Source: a virus
Taxonomy: Duplodnaviria; Caudoviricetes
Length of the DNA: 45,531 nt
Direction: 5' to 3' (one strand)
Virus record (IMG/VR): IMGVR_UViG_3300043394_000478
Location: 1-45,531 of that record
Part shown: piece after piece, positions 26,884 through 34,195 of the stretch
Layout of the letters: each line of letters starts with the position of its first letter
How positions within the stretch are numbered: the stretch's first letter is position 1
Notes under the pieces: generated by a model
Told to the model about the DNA's origin: nothing
The model's database searches: none
Seen by the model: the letters and a program-made list of their open reading frames with translations, nothing else
Translations under genes and position numbers: made by a program

Positions 26884-28383
26884 CTACCCCGGCGCCGCAG
26901 CGCGTGCAAGGGAATCGCCGTAGCCGCGCTTCGTGTGCATGACGAGGAGCGCCATCGTAGTCCCGTCCACTTGATCGTCGTGGCGCGCAAGCGGGAATCC
27001 GAGCAGCTCCGCGCGGTACTCCCCGAACCAAGCGGCATCCGGCGGGAAGTGACACGACGTCATGAGAGGTTGCACCGCGTTCGCGCGCTCGACCTTGCTC
27101 GGCATGGGCTCACCCTTCGGTGGCCAGGCTTTCACGCCGGGTACTTCGTCGCGTAGCGTGCGGATGACCGCCGCCCCGTTCGCCTTCTTCTCAACGTGAA
27201 TCGCCGTAATTTTAGGCCACTTCGCCCGCAGATCTCGGAGCGCGTTGCACGTCCCGATAATATCGAGCTTCTCCCGCACTTGATCGACGAGATAGTAAGC
27301 GCCCTGCGTCCAAGCCCACACCTGCGCGACAACGGGATCGGGATCAATCGCGGTAGATTCGTCCTCAAACGAACAATCGACGAACATCGCCCAGCGCGCG
27401 GTCGGCGGAACCTTTGTCCACCGGCGCGAGAAGTCGTCCGACTTGAAGATCGCGCCGCCCGGCGGCGTGGGGTTCTGGTCGAGCTGCGCGGCCGCGCCCA
27501 GCGGGCCGAGGGATGCGCGGAGCTTGTCGACGGCTTCGCGTGAGTACCGGCCCGGCCATAGCAGCTCCCCCGGGGACGTACGGGGGTCCTCCTCGATCTC
27601 CGACCCGTCCTCGAGCCGCACCGGGCGCGAGAACAGGGCGCGGCGCTTGGGCTCGAACTCCATGGGGAGCACCACTGCCGTGTACTCCCCGGAGTCGAGG
27701 CAAAGCGCGGCCGTGTCCTTCATGTGGAGCCGTTGCATGATCCCGACCTTGACCGTCGTCTCGGGGTCGGACTGCCGCGTGGACATGACGCGAAACCAAA
27801 ACTCGTTCGCGCGTTCGATACCGCGGGCGTCGACCGCCGCGCGTCCCTCCGCGTCCTGCGCCCGGACAAGATCGTCGAAAACAAGCCGGCCCGCGTGATT
27901 GCCTGTGACCCCTGCGCCGACGGCGGTGCTCATGCGGAACCCCCGCGCGGAGTTCCGGAAAAACCGAACTTGGCGCACCGTCTCACGAGGGAGCGCGCAC
28001 ACGTCACCCCAGCGGTGTTGGTACCAGGGGCTTAGAATGACGTCGCGCTGCTGACGCGCGGCTTTGTCACTGAGTCCCTGCGCGTAGGTCGCGAAAATCC
28101 ACTTGCTTTCCGGCCTAGTCGTCCACTCCCACGCCGGCCACATGACAGAGACCATAAGCGACTTCATGGTCCCAGGCGGGACGCAAAGCAGCAGGTTTTT
28201 GATCTCGCCGGCTGTCGCGGCCTCGAGGTGCTCCGCGATCACGTCAAGGTGCCAGTTCCACAGCATGGGCCCCGGTTCGACGCACGGCCACGCTAGCCGC
28301 GCGAAGTCCCGGAGGCCCCCCTCCCGGACCAAGCGCCGGTCGACGTCGATGAGTGTCTGCGACGCTTGATCCGTCGAGAGCAC
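26884..28383 (-). CDS. terL: Terminase large subunit
   Basis: Walker A CVPPGTMKS, Walker B LVFDD, IMQRLH, nuclease FVD, VEKKANG, HDDQVD. Confidence 0.92.
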   Translation of the reverse strand: MLSTDQASQTLIDVDRRLVREGGLRDFARLAWPCVEPGPMLWNWHLDVIAEHLEAATAGEIKNLLLCVPPGTMKSLMVSVMWPAWEWTTRPESKWIFATYAQGLSDKAARQQRDVILSPWYQHRWGDVCALPRETVRQVRFFRNSARGFRMSTAVGAGVTGNHAGRLVFDDLVRAQDAEGRAAVDARGIERANEFWFRVMSTRQSDPETTVKVGIMQRLHMKDTAALCLDSGEYTAVVLPMEFEPKRRALFSRPVRLEDGSEIEEDPRTSPGELLWPGRYSREAVDKLRASLGPLGAAAQLDQNPTPPGGAIFKSDDFSRRWTKVPPTARWAMFVDCSFEDESTAIDPDPVVAQVWAWTQGAYYLVDQVREKLDIIGTCNALRDLRAKWPKITAIHVEKKANGAAVIRTLRDEVPGVKAWPPKGEPMPSKVERANAVQPLMTSCHFPPDAAWFGEYRAELLGFPLARHDDQVDGTTMALLVMHTKRGYGDSLARAAAPG

Positions 28384-28700
28384 TAGCGCCGCCCGCGGTG
28401 AGCGGCCTCGAAAAATCGAAGCGCTTGCGTGGAATGAAGACCCAGCTCTTGAGCTATCTCAACCCACCCGTACCCAGCTCGGTCGAGTTCGCGGATCGTC
28501 TGCAGCTCCACGAGGGTCGGCGCCCGGCGGGGTACTGGAGGCGGTGTCAGTCCCCTCAGCTGCGCCCAGCGGTACACGACGGACGGCACCCTACCCCAGC
28601 GCCGGGCTAGCTCGCGGGCCGCGCGCGTGGGATCCGTCCAGTCCGCCGTGAGACGATCCGCTAGCTCCTCCGCGCTGGCCTTGCGATACGGCCGGGTCAT
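28383..28700 (-). CDS. Protein with two helix-turn-helix-like motifs
   Basis: ELARRWGRVPSVVYRW and GYGWVEIAQELGL; coupled to terL (TAGTG). Confidence 0.6.
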   Translation of the reverse strand: MTRPYRKASAEELADRLTADWTDPTRAARELARRWGRVPSVVYRWAQLRGLTPPPVPRRAPTLVELQTIRELDRAGYGWVEIAQELGLHSTQALRFFEAAHRGRR

Positions 28701-29239
28701 AGCCGCATCCCCATAACAACGCACTTAAACCCGGGCGCGTCGAGCGTCACGGCCGAGGAGCGCCTGCGCAGTATGACACCGGACCCTTTCATTGGGCGGG
28801 GTATCAGGCGCACAACGGGCTCGAGGCGCGCCAAGATCGCGAGGTCGACGCCCGTCGTATCTGCGTCGGTCCCAACAACCTCACAGTTGGCGTACATCAG
28901 ATCGAGCGCCTCCAAGATCGGGGCGGGAAACTCGCTCTCCTCGGGCATAGCCGCGAGTGCGCCGATGATGTCTACGCTGATCCGGTCGCCCAGCGATCGC
29001 ACCCAACGCGAAAGCGCATCCCACTCCGGCGCGCGCCATTCGTCGGACGGCTCGGCGGTCGTGACGCACGCGGCGTCCAGCATGAACCCCGCGTGGCCGT
29101 CCGTCACCGCGAACTGAACGCCGAACGCCCGGGGGCGCCAGTAGAACCCTGCGCTACCCGGGGGGCGGGGGCCGTAGGCGCACTTCATCATCGCGGTGAA
29201 AAGCCGCTTCGCATCCTTCTCTGTAACAATCTCGATCAT
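28697..29239 (-). CDS. Truncated beta sliding-clamp-like protein (180 aa)
   Basis: AVTDGH and terminal CVVMGMRL resemble DnaN VATDGH and YVVMPMRL; GAGGAG RBS. Confidence 0.55.
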   Translation of the reverse strand: MIEIVTEKDAKRLFTAMMKCAYGPRPPGSAGFYWRPRAFGVQFAVTDGHAGFMLDAACVTTAEPSDEWRAPEWDALSRWVRSLGDRISVDIIGALAAMPEESEFPAPILEALDLMYANCEVVGTDADTTGVDLAILARLEPVVRLIPRPMKGSGVILRRRSSAVTLDAPGFKCVVMGMRL

Positions 29240-29281
29240 GTCTCCTCTTTCTCGCGCTCGGGCGCGTTGGGTTGCACATTC

Positions 29282-29320
29282 TAAATATCACGGGAGCTAG
29301 ACGCCGTCAACTCCCGTTTT
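29282..29320 (-). promoter_or_regulatory. Hairpin over terS stop overlapping a TTGACG -35 element
   Basis: ACGGGAG...CTCCCGT inverted repeat; TTGACG-N17-TATTTA upstream of clamp-like gene. Confidence 0.4.
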
Positions 29321-29839
29321 CGCTAGCAGTGCGCGGAGCTGCCGGAGCTCGTCGGTACTTAGCCCCGACATGTCGAGCGCGCGCACGGCGACCGCTACGT
29401 GCTCGGTAGCCGCACCGTGGATCAACCTCTCGCCCTTGAACGCGGCGTCAAGGAAAGCCAGGGCCTGCGACGGGGTGAGCGACTCCCCGCGATCGTCGAG
29501 GAGACGCGCAAGTGCCATCTCCCCAACCTCCCGGACCCTCGCCCACATATCGACGTGACGCTTGGCGAGGTCCCGCGTCGTCTCGTCCAGCGCCGTCGTC
29601 ATAGTCTGCGTCACGAGCCGGGTGAGGTAGTCATCCCACGGTGCGACGCGCTCAGCCCACCGGTGCCGGCGCATGGCGTCTCGGACATGCGACTCCTGTA
29701 CCCCCTCCCGCGCGGCTACAGCGGATGGGCGGCGCTCCTCGGCCGAGGACGCCGCCCACGCGAGCAGCCGGGAATACGAGATATCTGACTCACGGGATTG
29801 CTGCAGAATAAAATCCCGGGGGGTCATTGTGATGGTCAT
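29297..29839 (-). CDS. terS: Terminase small subunit
   Basis: HTH then RWAERVAPWDDY, C-terminal DMSGLSTDELRQL; GGAG RBS; first gene of late arm. Confidence 0.7.
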   Translation of the reverse strand: MTITMTPRDFILQQSRESDISYSRLLAWAASSAEERRPSAVAAREGVQESHVRDAMRRHRWAERVAPWDDYLTRLVTQTMTTALDETTRDLAKRHVDMWARVREVGEMALARLLDDRGESLTPSQALAFLDAAFKGERLIHGAATEHVAVAVRALDMSGLSTDELRQLRALLAKTGVDGV

Positions 29840-29920
29840 ATTTATATTCTCCGCGGACATAGGCGGGACACATATGTCCCTAATTGGGTACATGGTATAT
29901 TCTCAAATATTGTGAATCTT

Positions 29921-30186
29921 CCGATCCAGTAGATCCAGCACTGATCCAGCACCGATCCAGCACCAAACCCCTAAAACAAGACTGATCCAGCTGATCCAGT
30001 GGATCCAGCAAGTTTCGCAACACTGCGGCCAAATTGCCATGGAGGTAGGATAATGTAGGACAAAAAGTTGTCCCTATGAAAGTCTTGGAAAGCTGCTGGA
30101 TCCACTGGATCTGCTGGAATATATAAGCATTTCACAAACTTAGTGCTGGATCAGTTGCTGGATCGGTGCTGGATCTGCTGGATCAG
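29921..30186. repeat. Mirror-symmetric iteron array, probable replication origin
   Basis: GATCCAG at 29923, 29932, 29943, 29954, 29984, 29993, 30002; inverted CTGGATC at 30096, 30105, (30114 variant CTGGAAT), 30146, 30158, 30169, 30178; AT-rich flanks; directly downstream of primase-helicase. Confidence 0.8.
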
Positions 30187-30268
30187 AAAATGCACAATAT
30201 TAGAGTTATTTTTTATGAACGCTCAGTCACTAAAAATAAATCGGAAAATATAAGAATAACCCCTGTCC

Positions 30269-32464
30269 CTAATCAGGGACTGTACGTACCCACACCCGCG
30301 CCCCCAGCGCCCTACTCGCTTCTACTCTCGGACGCACCTGACGATATCCTAAAACTGTCAGCGCGTCCCTAATCTGATATCCCGCCCGGTGATCCGACTT
30401 CGCCGCGCCCAACGCGGCGTACACTTCGTGTGTCGTAAACGGTGCGGTGGGCGCCCACTTGACGATCGCGTCCTCCCACGGACTGTCCTCCCGCCGTTCT
30501 TCCGCCTCGAGCGCGGCCGCCGCGACGAGGTCTCCGGTGAGGTGCCATTCCGCACCCCGGTCGAGCTCCGCCACGGCCTCGGCCCACAACTGATCGACGA
30601 CCCCCCGAAACGCTTCTATCACGAGCGGTCGATCGACCGTGACGCACCACCACCTCCGCGCCCCTGTTGGGTCGGACAGAAACTGCCGTTGGTTCGTCGT
30701 CGCTCCGAAGATGCACCTCCGCGGGCGCGCAACATTCGCGCGGGCGTACGCCGCGCGGTAGACGTCCTCCGTCCGCGTCAGGAAGCCCTTCAGCCTTGCG
30801 ATATCGACGTGCCGCATGCTTTCGAGTTCGGCGACCTCAAGAATCCAAACGCCTTGAATCTCCGCCATCGAATCCTTCTGAGCCGGGTCCCCAAGCCGGT
30901 CGGAGTACCAGCCCCGCCCGAGCGCGCGAAACGCCGAGGACTTGCCGAGCCCCTGCGTGCCTTGCAGGACTAGCACCGAGTCGACTTGACACCCCGGGCG
31001 CAAGCCGCGCGCGGCCCCTGAGATCAACCACCGCCGGCCCATTTCCCTCGCGATCTCGGTGTCCGGCGCCCCGAGCCAATCTTGCAACCAAGACCGGATC
31101 CGGGGAACGCCATCCCACCGAAGCCCGCGCAGATACCGCTCGAGGGGGTCGTAAGTCTGCCGCCGCGCGCTGGCTTCGATCGCGTCGAGCACGGCACCCC
31201 GCGCGAACGGCGCCCCCACCCGGGGCACCGCGCGGAGCCACTCCGCCGCGGGGTACCACTCCGCGTCAAGCTGGACCTCCCGCGGGCCCGACGCCCCCCA
31301 CGGGAGCGCCCTCCCCGGCAGGACCTCCGCGCGATCCGTGAACGTGTTCCACGCGATCCCCGGTGCGATATCCGGATCGTGCGCCATAATGATCGCCGCG
31401 TTCAGCGCGCACGCGGTGACCCCGCCCTTCGCGTCGCGTTGGACTAGCGCGGTCCAGCGGCCGCCCTTGTCCGCATCCTCCGCCGCACGAGCCGCGCGTT
31501 GAACGCCGATCTCCCGCGCCGCAGTCTCGTACCGCGCCGCCCACCAGGCCGCGTCGGCCCACTCCGCGGTGCGGTCGAGCATGATCCCCCCGAGCACGAG
31601 CGCCCGCGCTACGTCGCGGGGGTCGAGCTCGGGATCTGCCGCAGCGAGGGACCAAAGCGCCGCATGCAGCGCTGCGTTGCGTCCGCCGGCCTCGAGCGCC
31701 GGCGCCTCCCCCGCGAGACACGCCGCAAGGATCGCACGGTGGGGCTCCCGACACCCGCGCAGCGTGCGCGCCTCGAGCCGCCCCCCGCCGGGGGTCCACT
31801 GCCCCGCCGCAGCGAGCAGATACTCGCGCCCCGGCACACGATCGGAAGGCCCGAGGGCCCCCGGTGTGTACCAAGCGGCAAGATCGAGCGCGTACCCCGG
31901 CGCGGAGATCGTCGCGACGGGGGAGCCACCGACTCGCGCGTACGCGTAGCATATCTGCTCGGGTCGGGACATCGCGAGGTCGACGCCCGGGAAGCGCTCG
32001 GCGACCTCCCCCAAAAACACCCGCGCGCAGGCGACGAAGCGGTCGCGCTCCGCGATGGGCTCGATCGGGAGGTGCACATGCACCTTGCCGCCCCTCACCT
32101 GCATGATGTACGCGAGCCCCACCGACCCCAACCACGCACGCAAGGCGTCGACATCCGTGTGCGGGTCGTCGACGTCAAGCGTCAGGCCGTACACCGTGCG
32201 CACATGCACCGACCCGCGAAAACCCAGATCCATCGCGGCCAGCGCGAAGTTCGGCCCGTCGCCCTTCGCGGCGAGGTCGAGCCGCGCCGCCTCCCGCAAA
32301 ACACCCTCGAGCTCCCCCCACGTGCGCGAGACCTTGTGGGGCGGTGCATGCCGCCCGGGGGCCTCTTTCCACGAGCCCGTTTCGCCGATCCACCATGTCA
32401 CGATGACGGGCCCGATCTCGACGTGCGCCCCCTTGATTCTGCTCTCTAGCGTGCTATCCACCAT
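30269..32464 (-). CDS. Primase-helicase: AEP-like N-terminus plus VapE/VirE-like helicase
   Basis: LTLDVDD and KVHVHLP (AEP), GGRNAAL (PriCT-like), GTQGLGKS Walker A, ILEVAEL, GATTN, DPTGARRW. Confidence 0.88.
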   Translation of the reverse strand: MVDSTLESRIKGAHVEIGPVIVTWWIGETGSWKEAPGRHAPPHKVSRTWGELEGVLREAARLDLAAKGDGPNFALAAMDLGFRGSVHVRTVYGLTLDVDDPHTDVDALRAWLGSVGLAYIMQVRGGKVHVHLPIEPIAERDRFVACARVFLGEVAERFPGVDLAMSRPEQICYAYARVGGSPVATISAPGYALDLAAWYTPGALGPSDRVPGREYLLAAAGQWTPGGGRLEARTLRGCREPHRAILAACLAGEAPALEAGGRNAALHAALWSLAAADPELDPRDVARALVLGGIMLDRTAEWADAAWWAARYETAAREIGVQRAARAAEDADKGGRWTALVQRDAKGGVTACALNAAIIMAHDPDIAPGIAWNTFTDRAEVLPGRALPWGASGPREVQLDAEWYPAAEWLRAVPRVGAPFARGAVLDAIEASARRQTYDPLERYLRGLRWDGVPRIRSWLQDWLGAPDTEIAREMGRRWLISGAARGLRPGCQVDSVLVLQGTQGLGKSSAFRALGRGWYSDRLGDPAQKDSMAEIQGVWILEVAELESMRHVDIARLKGFLTRTEDVYRAAYARANVARPRRCIFGATTNQRQFLSDPTGARRWWCVTVDRPLVIEAFRGVVDQLWAEAVAELDRGAEWHLTGDLVAAAALEAEERREDSPWEDAIVKWAPTAPFTTHEVYAALGAAKSDHRAGYQIRDALTVLGYRQVRPRVEASRALGARVWVRTVPD

Positions 32465-32506
32465 GCGATCGTCCTCTCCTTGCCGGTCAGTGTTGGGTTG
32501 CTCCTC

Positions 32507-32539
32507 GAAGCCCCCCCCGGTTCGCGCCGGGGGGGCTTC
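32507..32539. promoter_or_regulatory. Strong GC hairpin in the primase leader
   Basis: GAAG-C8-GG-TTCGCG-CC-G7-CTTC; no U tract. Confidence 0.6.
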
Positions 32540-32541
32540 AC

Positions 32542-32569
32542 ACTATGATCTATGCAAGGCGTACGGCAA
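32542..32569 (-). promoter_or_regulatory. Putative sigma70-type promoter for primase
   Basis: TTGCCG-N16-CATAGT on the minus strand upstream of the hairpin. Confidence 0.35.
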
Positions 32570-32677
32570 ATGCGTAGATTATTACGCACTTGTGCGAAGC
32601 GAGTTACGCACCTGCGCAGAACGCTACGCACCGGTGGCTAGCGCAGTAGCCACACGAAACGCGATGATTCGCCCCGA

Positions 32678-32718
32678 TGGCAAGTCGAGTGACCACCCTA
32701 CTGGCAAGTCGAGTGACC
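32678..32718 (+). repeat. Tandem 17-bp direct repeat (candidate enhancer site)
   Basis: TGGCAAGTCGAGTGACC at 32678 and 32702, 24-bp period. Confidence 0.8.
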
Positions 32719-32791
32719 GCCCAACCGCGCGGGGCATCGGGGAGCGTCGGAAAACACCGCGTTTTCGGGGGATACCGCCCAGCCCCGATCT

Positions 32792-32807
32792 TGGCACGCG
32801 CTATGCA
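32792..32807 (+). promoter_or_regulatory. Sigma54 (-24/-12) promoter for the early arm
   Basis: TGGCACGCGCTATGCA versus consensus TGGCACGNNNNTTGCW: one mismatch, exact spacing, intergenic, 53 nt before first ATG. Confidence 0.65.
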
Positions 32808-32860
32808 ATAGGATATCTCATGGCGCGATAGAGCGCCGAGCAACCCCAGGAGATAGACAC

Positions 32861-33079
32861 ATGAAGATCACGAAAAACGCCATCACTCTTAGCAACCGCG
32901 AATCACGAGCCGCCGGGCACCACACGGATGCCGACTTCGACGCCCCGGCGGCCGACGTTTTCTGCCGCGAGATCAAACAACTCGCGCACGACGCGCATCG
33001 CACCGGGCGACACGTTGAGGTTTTTGCCACGCGCCGCGGGTGTCAGCCTTGGGTTGTCTACGCGTGCGACCCCACTTGA
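32861..33079 (+). CDS. Hypothetical protein, first early gene
   Basis: AGGAGA RBS, ATG, 72 aa. Confidence 0.7.
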   Translation: MKITKNAITLSNRESRAAGHHTDADFDAPAADVFCREIKQLAHDAHRTGRHVEVFATRRGCQPWVVYACDPT

Positions 33080-33118
33080 CCCTCTGCTAGCGGCGCGTTA
33101 GATAACGCACCGCTAGCA
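33076..33118 (+). promoter_or_regulatory. Promoter/operator copy 1: TTGACC-N17-TAGATA inside a hairpin
   Basis: TGCTAGCGG.GCGTTA-GA-TAACGC.CCGCTAGCA inverted repeat; core shared with 37861. Confidence 0.55.
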
Positions 33119-33153
33119 ACCCGAGCAACCCGAAGCAGCCCAGGAGCAACCAC

Positions 33154-33750
33154 ATGACCCGACATGATCTGATCGTCTACGCCGTCACATTGGCGGGACT
33201 GTCCGCCGCTGCACTCAGTGTCGCCGCCGAGGACCCCATCGTCGACGCCCGCGCCATCGCGCGGCAGACGCGGGCGGAGTCTCCTGACCCCGACGAGCTC
33301 GCCCGCGCCGTCGCACGTGCCGAACCTGCAGTAGTGCTCGCACGCATGGCGTGGCTTGAGGCAGGCCCGCTTGTGTCGCATCGCGAAGTCGCCGCGATGC
33401 ACGAGGTGATCAATACGCGCATGGCCATGGGCGGCACGTACCAGCGCACCGCATGGCAGTACTCGGCCGGCCTCCGCAACCCCCGACGCGACGGCACGCA
33501 CCGCCTTGGGCGCGCGGCATTGACTGCAGGCTGGCCGCGCACACACCGCGAGCACTGGCCGCGCGTGCTCGCCGCCGCGGATGACGCGGTGGCAGGACGC
33601 ATCACGCATGGTTGCGATGCGAGACCGCTCGAACACTGGGGCGGACCACACGTCGATAGATCAAGCATCGCTCGCATGCTGCGCGACGGTATGCGCGAGG
33701 CGGTCTGCCCCGGATTCGCAAACACGTTTCTGGTGCGGGGTGCGCCGTGA
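33154..33750 (+). CDS. Secreted SleB/Hydrolase_2-like cell-wall hydrolase candidate
   Basis: Signal peptide; LARMAWLEAG...EVAAMHEVINTR resembles LA...EA.....AVa.Vi.NR; AGGAG RBS. Confidence 0.5.
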   Translation: MTRHDLIVYAVTLAGLSAAALSVAAEDPIVDARAIARQTRAESPDPDELARAVARAEPAVVLARMAWLEAGPLVSHREVAAMHEVINTRMAMGGTYQRTAWQYSAGLRNPRRDGTHRLGRAALTAGWPRTHREHWPRVLAAADDAVAGRITHGCDARPLEHWGGPHVDRSSIARMLRDGMREAVCPGFANTFLVRGAP

Positions 33751-34040
33751 CTCATCCACGCGAAGCAGACGAGACGCGAATCGTCACCGAGCTCGCATCC
33801 CGAATGCGCGTCAAGCTAGCGATTCGGCGGCATCATGGAAAATGGCGTGACCTGACAGTCGGCGAGGTGTTGTATCGGTTGATTGCTGAAACGCACGAGC
33901 TAAACGACGCCATCCGTGTTCTGTTCAATGATCCGGATCGCGGTGAGACTAACCGAGAAAGCGTCATCGGTGAGGCTGTAGACGTTGCTGCGTACTGCGC
34001 AATGCTGATCGACGTGCTGAGCATGGAGGACGAGCGATGA
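33747..34040 (+). CDS. MazG-like all-alpha nucleotide pyrophosphohydrolase candidate
   Basis: ETHEL...GEAVDVA (ExxE...ExxD). Confidence 0.5.
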   Translation: MTHPREADETRIVTELASRMRVKLAIRRHHGKWRDLTVGEVLYRLIAETHELNDAIRVLFNDPDRGETNRESVIGEAVDVAAYCAMLIDVLSMEDER

Positions 34041-34195
34041 CCGCACTCGAGGAGCTCTACGAAGCCCGCGCGCGATTGCTCGCTGATCTGAGCAAGGCCA
34101 AGCTCATGCGTCACGACGTGCAGGGGTGGCAGATCAAGGCCACGATCGCCGGGCTCGACATCGCGATCGCAATCATCGAAAAGCGCCAGTCGTGA
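34037..34195 (+). CDS. Small helical protein (52 aa, not in ORF track)
   Basis: MTALEELYEARARLLADL...IEKRQS; ATGA and GTGA overlaps fill the gap exactly. Confidence 0.7.
   Translation: MTALEELYEARARLLADLSKAKLMRHDVQGWQIKATIAGLDIAIAIIEKRQS

Noticed and set aside
29921-30186. CRISPR or mini-array interpretation of the repeats
   Set aside because: Units are 7 bp with 2-5 bp gaps and invert halfway; no unique spacers
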